Positions 9,448-21,900 of a DNA stretch of 62,947 nucleotides are shown here, in pieces. A program made the position numbers and the translations under genes. Every line of letters begins with the position of its first letter. The stretch's first letter is position 1. The notes beneath the pieces were generated by a model. It had not been told where the DNA came from, searched no databases, and saw nothing but the letters and a program-made list of their open reading frames with translations. The DNA is from a virus (taxonomy: Duplodnaviria > Caudoviricetes). The stretch is taken from IMG/VR virus record IMGVR_UViG_3300030406_004002, positions 1-62,947 of that record, one strand, 5' to 3'.

Positions 9448-9906
9448 ATGGCTAACATACAAATCAAAAGAGGACAACAAACTCAAGTTTCAATTAAGTT
9501 TAAGCCTGACGGTATTTCTGCTACAAGAAACTTTTATACTGACGATGCTCAATATACGGCTTCTTTAGTTTTAAGAAAGAAGACAGGTAGTTCCGTTTCA
9601 GGTGAGAAAATAGATACTTTAATTAGTTTAACACCAGCTTCTGATGATCCAGATGCTAGCCCACCTGTAATTCAAAGCACTCATGGGAGAATTAGATTCC
9701 CTCAATTAGGAGCAGATAACAGGACGGATGGGACTGAAGATAATGCTAACATTATTTTAAGGTGGGAGACCGCAGATGCTGTAGCCCTTCCTAATGAAGA
9801 TATTACCATTGTTGGTGATTTAAAAATTACAGACACAGATACTAACCCTGACGAGGTTTTACATTCACTACGACTTACTTTTGATATAGTACCAGAAATT
9901 ATCTAA
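9448..9906 (+). CDS. Structural protein, BppU N-terminal-like
   Basis: IQIKRGQ...GDLKITD pattern; TAATG-coupled to the fibre gene. Confidence 0.45.
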   Translation: MANIQIKRGQQTQVSIKFKPDGISATRNFYTDDAQYTASLVLRKKTGSSVSGEKIDTLISLTPASDDPDASPPVIQSTHGRIRFPQLGADNRTDGTEDNANIILRWETADAVALPNEDITIVGDLKITDTDTNPDEVLHSLRLTFDIVPEII

Positions 9907-12900
9907 TGGCCAATGATACAGCTACTGTTACACAGACAGTTAATACGGTTACTGTCGATTCTACTTCCCAAAATAGCTTAGAGCTAAGTTCTACTTCGGG
10001 GAGCTCGATTACTTTAACTGAGAGTCCCTCAAGTTCGACTACTGTTTCAATAACTCCATCATCATCGAGTTTAAAAATAGATAGTGTTTTTGCTCCAAAG
10101 ATTAGCCCTGTTTTTACAGGAACTCCTATAGCTCCCACTGCTTCTCCTGGTACTAATAGTACTCAGATAGCAACAACGGCTTATGTTGATAGTGCTGTAA
10201 CTTTAGAGAATACGTTGGGAGAAATGAATGATGTCAATGTGACATCTCTTTCTGACAATGAAATACTTCAGTATGATACAGCAAGTTCTAAATGGATTAA
10301 TCAAACTTTAGCCGAAGCAGATATTGCTTCAGCAGCTACACTTAGTTCACATACAGGGAGTACTAGTAACCCACATAATGTTACCGCAGCTCAAGTTAAC
10401 TTAGGTAATGTTACGAATGAGTCTAAGGCTACAATGTTTACAAGTCCTGTATTTACAGGCAACCCAACAGCCCCAACTCAACCATTAGGGAATGATAGCG
10501 TTAGTATTGCTACAACAGCTTTCGTTGACAATGCCATAAACGCATTGATAGCAGCAGCCCCTGATACTTTAGACACTCTCAATGAAATAGCAGAAGCTCT
10601 TAATGACGACGCAGACTTTCATCAAACGATTACAGATTTAGCTAACACTAAGCTCCCCCTCGCAGGAGGGACGATGACTGGTAACTTAAATCTTGGTGAT
10701 GATGTTAAGCTGCAACTAGGTGGGGGTAATGATCTTCAGATCTTCCATGATCAGTCAGATAGCATAATCAAGGATGCAGGTACTGGAAATCTTGAGTTAC
10801 ATGCTACAAATCTGGTTTTTCGTAATCATGCTGACTCTGCTCAATACGCATCATTTATCAATGGTGGAGCTGTTTCCCTCTACCATAATAACGGCTTAAA
10901 GTTTCAGACGGCTGCTGGGGGGATTGATATTACTGGAAACCTTACAGTAGGTGACAGTCACTTTATAGGGGATGACTCTTTTGATAACTTAGCTCTAATT
11001 TCTTCGTCAGGAGAAAATGTAGTAGTTGCTGCTGCTAATGATATCTATCTGAATACAGACGCTTCAGGTGGAGGAACAGGAACCAATAGAGTTCTTATTA
11101 ATGAGAGTGGGACTAGTATATCATCAGGCACACTAAAATTATTAGACGGAACAGCAAGTAGCCCTTCGTTGACTTTCACTAGTGGAACTAATACAGGAAT
11201 TTATTGGAGCAACTATACAACTTCTCCACAAAAAGATCAGTTAAACCTTTCTGTAGATGGAAATACAAAGTTCAAAGCAAATGAAGCAGGTATATGGTCA
11301 GTAAGTGGCAACATATATCTTGCTAATGGTTATCAATTTAGAACTTTCCAAGAGTGGTTAGCTACAACAGGTGGGACAGGATACGGGTTTAAGTTTAGGA
11401 ATACAGCGGATGCTGTTGACTCTATGACAATATCTTCAGCAGGTAATGTGGTTGCTGCTGGAACTATTACAGGTACAAGTTTCCATCAAAGCGATCAACT
11501 CGATAGCACTTTTTATAGTGCGACATTTGATGAAAATGTAGATATAAATGGATATTTAGAAGTTGCTGGTAAAGGTGAGTTTTTAGGAGGCACATTAAAC
11601 GTACATACAGCAGGAAATATTAATTACATATCCTCTCAGGATGCTTCTAAAGATCTTCAGATAAGAAATACAGGAGCGAATAAGGATATTGTAATTAAAA
11701 CAAAAGATTCTTCAGGAGAGAATGAAACTATTAGATTAAGAGGATCAGTAAATCATATAGTAGCAAGTGGTAACATAGAGGCACGATTTGGCACAAACTC
11801 TAGAACTTTTAATCTGTATGAAACATATAGTGATAGTTCTAACTATGAGAGAACATCTTTTAATCATAGTGGTGGGTACTTTAATTTAAGCACACAAGAT
11901 CTTGGTACAGGAACAGCAAGTGGTATAAAGTTTAAAACTGACGATTTAACGGCACTAAGTATAGAAGCTAATGGTCTTGTTACAGTTCTTAGCAGGAACT
12001 CTGCATCAAGCACTAATATATTAAGCGTAGGTGGTTCTAGTAATGGATACATGAGTGTCCGACATATTGAAGGTAAGGCATCAAATTCAAATGCTTATGG
12101 CCCACTCTACATAAACTACCTATCCAACAACAATGTTTTTATAGCCTCTGGAGGAGGTAAAGTAGGCATTGGAACTACAACACCTGCAAGAAAATTAGAG
12201 GTTTCTGAAGGATCATCTTCTATAGTAGCTCAATTCAAAAGCACTTCTGGAACTAGTGCATTTATCACTCTTGCAAACACGACCGCAACAGCGGATCAGA
12301 TAAGAGTTGGGTCGATTGGAAATGATTTAGTTTTATCTACTAATTACGCAGAGAGGATGCGTATTCTTTCTGATGGCAAAGTAGGTATTGGTACTACAAA
12401 CCCTGCTGAATTACTCCATGTGGAGGGTAGCAATGCAACTATTAATGTTCGAGAAAGCGGTGCTGCTACTGTTAAAATGCGAGCAGGATCTGTTGGTAGA
12501 ATAGGAACATATTCAGATAATGATTTCTCTATTGTTAGCAATAGCACGGATCGAGTTCGTATTAAAAGTGATGGTAAGGTTGGCATTGGAACAACTTCTG
12601 TAAATACTGGCATTGGCTTACAGGTGGCTAATGGGCATTTGTATGTTACTAGTGGAGAAGTAAAAGCTGATAATATCAATGCAGGGTATTTCAGTTCGAC
12701 TAGAAATCTAGAATTGCAAGGTGGGTCTGCTGCTGGTGTTAAATTAATGTCAGGTGCGACTACTGTTTTGCAGACTAAATCTGATGGAAAAGTAGGGATA
12801 GGAACTACATCGCCAGACCACACTCTAAGAGTTAACGGAGATGCAAGACTAGGCAATCTACATATAAAAACATCAGATTTTGGGCAAGGCGGTACAGGGA

Positions 12901-15900
12901 AGACTATTTATGCAGACGGAGCAGGTTCAGGAGTTTTAGGTTTTATCTCTAGTACTGCTTTTGATTTTTCCAATGGAGCAACTTCTCGATTACGTATAGA
13001 TAGTTCAGGTAACGTAGGTATAGGAACTACAAGCCCCTCCTACAAGTTAGAGATCGATGGTGGTGATTTTCTTGTTAACACAACAAATGGTGGGTATGTG
13101 CAAGTCGATGAGTCAGATAACTCTTTAAAGCTTTCTGATAATGTTAAGATAAAAGCAGGTACGGGTAATGATCTTTCTTTTTATCATAATTCTTCAAATA
13201 ATATAAGCTTTATAGAGAACAGTCATGCTAATGGTTTACGAATAAAGTCAGATGAGCTGCTAATATTTGCTCATAATGGATCTACATTAAGAGCATCATT
13301 TGATACTGCCGTAAAGCTCCTGTACAACGATGCGTACAAGTTCGAGACAACTGCTGATGGGGCAAAGGTGATTGGGACTTTAGGCATTGGTGATTATGCT
13401 ATGATGAAGTCAACGGCTCAGTATATGGGCATGATTGGTTTCAATAGAAATGGAAACACTGGGGCTATTTATAATAATTCTTATGGAGCCTTTCAGCTTC
13501 AGAATAACAACGGAGTCTTTGAGTTTCAGTGCTATAACTCTTCAGGTGCTGCTCAAGCAATACATAAGTTCACAAGTGATGGTAGGGTAGGTATAAACAC
13601 AGCACCTCATACAAACCAACAATTACACATTGTTGCATCGTCTACAGATACAACAGGACTAGAGTTTTCAGCTTCACAACATTCAAACGAAACTAGAATT
13701 CTTTCTTACGATAGAGCAGTAGGAGGAGGATATAGACCATTAAGACTTCAATCATCTCATTTAAAAGTTGAGATTGCAGGTGTACAAAAATTTGCTGTTG
13801 ATACAAGTGGTAACACAACTCTTGCTGGCAACTTAACTGTCGGGGGCGACCTAACCATCAACGGCACAACGACAACTCTTAATGCAGAAGAGTTAGTAAT
13901 TGAGGATAAGAACATTGTTATAGGCAATGTACCTAGCCCGTCTAGCCCATCTGACACAACCGCTGATGGTGGTGGTATTACTCTCAAAGGTGCTAGTGAT
14001 TATACAATCAACTGGACTAATTCAACTAACTCATGGCACTTTAACCAAGGGATTACAGTTGGGGAGAATGATACAGGATATGATGTAAAGTTTTATGGAG
14101 CGACATCAAATAGATATTTACACTGGAATCAAGCAGAGGACAGGTTAAACCTTAGAGACAATACAAAGTTCTCAATAGGTAATTCAAATGATCTACAGCT
14201 AGAGTTCAATGGCACACATAGCTACATCAAAAATAATGTTGGTGGTAGTTTATATATCCAAACGGCTAATACTATCCAACTAGAAAACTCTTCTGGTCAG
14301 GATATGTTAACTGCTGCGAGTGGTGGTGCAGTAAAATTATTTCATGGGGGTAACTCAACAGCAAAGTTTGAGACTACAACTGCTGGGGCAACTGTCACAG
14401 GTAAGTTGGGTATTGGTGTTACAAGCCCATCAACACCTTTACATGTGAAAGGTAATGTAAGGGCAGAGGCTTCTGGAAGTACAGCATTTGCTGACCTCAA
14501 GAGTTCTCAGATATATGCTTCAGGAACTTATGACCTTATAGTAGGCACAAATAATCCTTTATTTTTTAGAACAAACGATACCAGAAGGATGACCATCTTA
14601 GGTGATGGTAAGGTAGGAATAGGTACTACTAACCCACTTCAAGAGCTACACCTTTCATCACCCTCTCCTGTTATAAGGTTGCAGGATTCAGATGGCACAA
14701 ATCAGTTTACTGAAATTGAACAAGCTGGTCAGTCTTTGTATATCAGTTTAAGAAATAACTCTCAAAACGGACATCTTTTTATTCTAGGTAAAAACGGAAC
14801 AGGGACCGACACGGTGTTCATGAAGATTGCCTCAGATGGCAAGGTAGGTTTAGGAACCCAAACACCTGCAAGAGAACTTAGTGTTGTAAGTCCTACTTCA
14901 AACGCAGTCTTTCAGTTAAGTAACTCAACAGCAGGAGAGTCAGCCGATAGTGGTTTAGAGATTTTTGCATCTGGTGTTGATACAGGAATTGTAAATAGAG
15001 AAAATGGATATCTCCGTTTTGATACTAATAATACTGAACGAGCTAGGTTTTTATCAAGTGGGCAATTTATTGTCGGAGGAACTGACTACTTATATTCAGG
15101 AACAGATTTAACTGTTGGTAATACTAGTGACTCACAAAATGGTTTAAACATTGTTACGTCATCGTCTGGAAACGGATATGTTTTATTTGGAGATGGGGCA
15201 GCAGCAGCTGCTTATGTTGGTCAGATTAGGTATAGCCACACAGATAACTTCATGTCTTTCAATACCAATGGGAGTGAAAGACTAAGGATTAATTCTGAAG
15301 GATGTTTAGGTATTAATACAACTAATCCACTATCTGGAGCAAAACTAGATGTTGCTGGCAAAACTAGAATCTATCAGAACGAGTTTCAAATAACTTCAAG
15401 TGCTGCATATACCACACACTTTAACTACCAAAATGGGGGTAATAACTATATCTCACAAGCTAATGGAGGAGGCACTTTCTTCAGGAATAACGGTGGGACT
15501 TTAATGTTTTTAAATAGTGCAGGAGATTTCGGTGTTGATTCTGACACTTTGTATGTCGATGCATCAACTGATAGAGTAGGTATAGGAACAAATAGCCCTG
15601 CTGCTCCATTATCTTTAGTTGGAGTAAATGGTGGTAATTGGAATGATGGATTAATAATAGATGATCCTTCAGGATGGGCAGCGACTGTATATAAGAGGAA
15701 TAATAGTCCTAAAATGTTTACAGGTCTTTATTCTGGTAATGACAACTACATCTGGATGTCAACAGGGTACAGTAACTCTGGAACTACCATAACTGCACCT
15801 AGAGCGGATGCAGTCCTGATGGCAAGACCAGGTACGGATGATCTTCAAATATATTTAGATACACACTTTGGAGGTAAAGTAGGAATAGGAAACGACAACC

Positions 15901-18900
15901 CCGACGAAAAATTAGACGTTGCAGGAAACGCTGTATTAAAGAATGGCACAACTTCGACATCATTGACGTTATACGAAACTTATACGGATACGTCTAATTT
16001 TGAAAAAACTTTACTCGATCATTCTGGTGGTTATTTTGAGATTGATACGGGAGCTTTAGGATCAGGGAGCCTTAGTGGAATTAAACTTTCTGTAGGTAGT
16101 TATACTAAACTACAAATAGAACCAGAAGGTCATGTCCTAATAAATGGTGCTGATGATAATGGTAACAAGGCAGACTTCTCTGTAGGGGTTGGTACTAGTC
16201 CAAGAGTTTCGTGGCATAACCAACAAGTTCAGATAGGTGGGCTTGACATGAACTACAATGGAAACATTTCTCATACGGGCAGTGTTTTTGGTATGACATC
16301 TTGGTCTAGTTCTATTGAGTTTAGGTGCAATTCATCCTCTGGAGCATCCGCTCGTGATATTTACTTCATGCCTTTCAATGGGACTTCTACTTCAGAAGCC
16401 ATGCGTATTAAGGGTAGTGGTAATGTTGGTATAGCGACTGACGCTCCTGCTACGAAATTACAAATTGATGAGTACACAGTAGGATCTAATGGAAACCAGT
16501 CTGTAACTGGCACTGCGTCTATATTTACGAATAGCGGTAGTGATGGTTTATATCTAGGTGTTAAGAATGCCAGTCACCCAAATAGGGGGTATGCCTTCAA
16601 AGTCACTAGCAATGGCGTTAACTCTGATTTCACAATTAGAGAACATGGTTTAACTGGTGACAGGTTTACGATCCAGACTGGTGGTAGTGTAGGGATAGCA
16701 ACTACTAGTCCTTCTAGTCAGTTCTATAATAATCTGGTTGTTGGTAATAATGACTCTGGTGAAAAAGGAATAACTATTAGATCTAACGCTTCTAATGGAG
16801 GGCATTTGGCTTTCTCTGATACTGATGCTGCAAATGCAGGAAGGTACGCAGGGCGGATATCTTATTTCCACGATACCAATTCTATGCGGTTTTATACTAC
16901 TGCTGGTGATTTCGCAATGGCGATTGATTCATCGCAGAGGGTAGGTATAGGTGTTACAACACCAGATCACAGACTTCATGTAGATGGGACTATTGCAATC
17001 AAGGGGGGTGAACTTGCTGACACAGCTCGCATACACTTCCAAGCATCTGATGAGAGTAATAGATTTACTCTTGAGTCTGACTTTAATTCTACTACAACAA
17101 CTGATTTATTAGGGTTCAGGTCTACAACTGCTGATAATATTCTTGTTCTAAAAGGTAATGGAAATGTTGGCATAGGAACAACTTCAAACGCCCAAAAGCT
17201 ACACATCAAAGGGGATGCTTTACGTATAGAAGAAAGTGTTGGCAATAGACACCTTGATATCATTCCAGCAGTAAGTGGATCAAGCCATAGGTTCACTAGT
17301 ACAACTACAGGTAGTGGATATAACTTTGAGAATAGCAATGGGACTATTGCAACTTTCACTGAAACTCTATCGCAGTTTAATCAAAACGTAAAAATTCAAA
17401 CGTCTAATTTACAGTTAAACTCTGGAAATTATGTGCAGTGGGGAGGGAGTCATTATCGTGTAGAGGGAAGTAATGGAAATTGGTTAAAGTTTTTCACAGC
17501 TAATGTTGAGAGGTTACGTATTACAGCAGCAGGAGTTACCCAAGTAAAAAACTATCTTGATTTAGAACTGTTAAATGACGCAGATTCTACGTCACCTATA
17601 TTGGTTGTTGATGGTACTAGAGTTAAGAAAGCAACTAATCTTCACGTTTATAAAGATACTAACGATAATAGTTACTTGGCAGAAACAGGCTCTGGTGACC
17701 TGTACATAAAAGGTGGTAATGACATCATTATCCAAGACGCAGTAGGCAACACTTTAATTCACGCAAATCAATCTGACAGTGTTGAGTTGCACTATGGAGG
17801 TGTTAAGAGACTAGAAACTAAAACTTATGGGGCAGAACTTACCCATCCTTCTGGATGGGCAGAACTACATTTAAATGGCCCAAGTGGGGGTGAAATAAAA
17901 CTTCAAAAAGCAGGAGCTACACATCTTGATATATATGCATCTGATGCAGGTAGTACTAGTTCTGTTATCAAAGCACAGTCACACTTGAGGTTATCCTCAA
18001 ACAATAGTGTTGCTGCTAATAGATCAATTTACTTAAAGAGCGACGGCTTTGTTGGTATTGGAAATGATGCCCCTTCTCATAGATTACATGTTACAGGAGA
18101 CGCTCGTATTGAAGGTAACTTAACAATCAACGGAACTACTACGATTGTAGATACTGACGTATCTACGACTGAGCAGTTATTGATAACTAACGATGGGACT
18201 GGTCCAGCTATTGTAGCTAATCAAACAGGAACCCAACCTGTTATTGATTTCCAAGATGACAGTACTTCTGTTTTCTACATAGAGAATGGTGGTAATGTTG
18301 GGATTGGGACTGGCTCTAACATAGGGGCTAACGCACATTTAGAAATTTTAAAGGATAACCCTCAAATAGTTTTAACGGACTCTAACGAAGGTACAAATGA
18401 TAAGACTTTTAGATTCATAAATATAAATGAATCATTGAGGATAACCGCAAGAACAGACGGCAATACTGCAAACACGGCTGGTGGGGACATCTTGACCCTT
18501 AAAAGGGATGGTCATGTAGTCATTGGAGGCACAGAACCTACAGTTACAGGAGGTACAGCTAAACTAACAATTAATGTCGGAGCTACTACAAACGTACCTG
18601 TTACCATCGCTAACGGGACTACGGATCAGGTATATTTAAGACGATATACTTCTGGAGGTAAGTATCAAATTCAAACAGTAAATGGGTCATCTAATGAAGG
18701 AGTGTTGTCACTACAGAGTTATGGCGGTGGTGTAGGCATAGGAACAACTGACTCCAGTGGTTTCAAACTTGATGTCCGAACAGCTACTGGAGGTGCAATA
18801 GCAAGATTTAAAGATTCAGATAGTTCTCACGATGGTATAAGAATAGAAGGAGATACGAATGGAGGGATCATTAGTAATGCTAGTGGTGTAAGTAAAGAGG

Positions 18901-21900
18901 CTATTTATTTCCAAAACAGCACTAATGCAATACGTCTATACACCAATGGCAATGAGAGAATACGTATAGCTTCTGATGGCAAGGTGGGAATAGGCACAAC
19001 TTCTCCTGCAATGCCTGTTGAGATTGTTACTGGTAGTGGGGCTACTGTTGATTTACCTAATCAGACAACTGGAGGTATTGCATTTGCGAACAATTCTGGT
19101 TCTAACAATGTGCCAACCATAGTTGGTAAATCTAATAGTAGCATGGGTCTTGAGATTATTGGAGCTGCCAATAATAGTAATATTCATGGAGACTTAGTAT
19201 TTAATTGTAGAGAGAACAATAACTCTACTTTTGCTGATACCGATCAAGCAGGTTTTAAATTCCAACACTACACTACTGACTTAGTCACTATTTACAGAAG
19301 TGGTAAAGTGGGTATTGGTACTAGCAGTCCTGCCGAAACTTTGCATGTTTCAGGTTCAAGTAGCGAGGGTACTGGAAAAGTAAAGATTGATAATGTACCT
19401 ACTGAAAGTACTGAAAAGACTGCTCTTGTTTATAGTAGTGGTAAAATAGTCAGTCAAAGAGAATTAGGTGATAATGCTTTTACTAGCCACCCTTATCTAA
19501 GAACTGATGATACTGGATCGACTCAAACAGTTAATGACCCTGTAACCTTTACAGATTTACTTAAGATTAATGATACAGGAAACGCCATTTTAGATTTAAA
19601 CACGACTGGCACTGGATCTAATACTACAATTAGATTTAGGAACACTGATAGCAATAAAGCGACTATTGGTTATGATGGAGGTAATAGTGGGCTAATCTTA
19701 ACCACTGGAGGATTCACAGCAGGTAATGGTATCTTTATTGATGATAATCAGAAGGTAGGAATAGGCACTAAAACGCCAAATGCTTTATTAAATGTGCAAG
19801 GCGATTCAAACCCAACAATTTTAATAAATGCTGTAACGGGTAATTCAGTAAATAGTGGTAAGTTGGCGTTTGCAGAAACAGACGGTGGTGCTCATCAGGC
19901 GTTTATTAAATATGACGGTTCAGCCAACAGGCTAGAAATCGGAACCGCTGACGTTGCACAGGCTTTAGTGGTTAACAGAACTGACGGCAAGGTAGGCATT
20001 GGAACATCAACCCCATCATCGTTATTAAATTTAAGTGATGCCTCAAACAACCTTTCTCATCAGATAGGATTCTCCTATGTAAGCGGAGGAACTGAGACGG
20101 ACGCATTTACTATTGGCAGAAATAGTTCTACAGGAAACCTAGAGTTTCATTCTGATATAAACAATCATGGTTTCGAGTTCAAGCACAACGCTGCTGGTAC
20201 TCAAGAGTTTAACATTCTAAACTTGAAGGTAGGCATCGGTACTGATGCCCCTAACAGAAACCTTAACGTTGTAGGGCAAATAGGTATAGATAACTCAGCA
20301 TCATCTCCGACTGGAGGTATGTTGATTACTCCTGATGGTAATTCTAATAAGATATATTCAAGGACAGCTAATAATGTTGCTACAGCCCACCCATTAGATT
20401 TCTTTGCAGGTAGTACCCATACTGTAAGAATTGAATCAGATGGGGATGTTGACCTCCAAACAGGTGACTTATACTTTAGCACGAATGGTAAGGGACTTCA
20501 TTTTGATGGTGTTACAGGCTGGGATTGGAAGATCGTATCTGAAGACTCAGGGTCTAGTAATGTACCTCTACTTTTTAAGTCTCAAGAAGGAGGCCCTAAC
20601 CCTTCAGCTCCTTCTGAGAAGTTTAGAATTAACTCAGCAGGGGATGCTATCTTTAAAGATAAACTTACTGTTGAGGTTATACCTTCAGTTCAGCAAGAAG
20701 AAAACACTGTTCTTGTGGTAGAAGGTTCTGATGGCGGTTTATCTTGCATAAAGAAAAGAGAGTTAAATACTGTAAATATTCCTGACTACACAAGTAATAC
20801 CAATGGTATTATAAAGATTGGATCTGATGATGATCTTAATTTGTATCATACTTCTGGCAATAACTTTGTTTCCGCTGCTACAGGAGGCAATTTATTCATT
20901 CAAGGTAATACTGTTGCTCTTAGGTCAGTCTCTCAAAAGAACATGGTTGTTGGTAATGTTAACAGTCATGTAAAACTTTACTACGATAACTCAGAGCGTC
21001 TGTCTACTACAACAGGTGGTATCACTGTCACTGGAAAGATGACCTCTGACACAATTACCACAGCGTTAAGTTTGGAGATGTTTGCATCTAGTGGACATAA
21101 TTACATCTCCTCACAATCTTCAGGTAGTAATTTATACATAAGAAACACAGGAGGAGGTCAGATTCTTATAAGACCTAAAACGGGCGAAGACGGGATAAAA
21201 CTCATACCTGATGGTGCAGTTCAGCTTTATCACGACAACGCAAAGAAGTTCGAGACTACCTCAACAGGAATCCATGTCACTGCTAGTGACCCTATACTAA
21301 AAATAACAGACACAAGTGGTTCGGATAATGGAGCTACATTATGGCTACAAGAAAATGATAATTATGGTGCTAAAGTAAAGTACGATAGTAATTCTAATAC
21401 ATTTTTCAAAGTAAGCACCGTTGATGGAGGAACTGAAACTGACCGCTTTTCTATAAAACGGACTGGTGAAACTGGTATAGGCACTACAAGCCCTGAACAT
21501 GATCTCCATGTTGCTGGAGAAACTCTTTTAGATGCTCCAAATGGGAGTACACATTCTTTAAGGTTAGGTAGAGCAGATAATGCAAACAAATGGTTTTTTA
21601 ACCATGCTGGTAATGATTTAAGAATTTATAACGCTGCTGGATCTGGGTATGACATTATGCTTGGGGTAAACTCAGGTGGAGCTGCTCAAGATAACAAAGT
21701 AGGTATAGGCACAGCAAGCCCTGCCGAAAAGCTAGATGTCAATGGGTATGTAAGAACCAAAAACTCTAAGTATAAAAAATATACTAGTTTGACAGGATCA
21801 TCGAATGATTGGTTCCCTATATATCAGGTCAATGATCATAAGGGTGGGCAGGTTACATTTAATGTAAATACTTATGCTCATAGCTCATGTACTTTTGTTG

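Noticed and set aside
11864-21589. Antisense ORFs inside the fibre gene, and similar ones inside other long genes
   Set aside because: They are shadows of the repetitive sense-strand codon pattern, with no independent motifs or start context.
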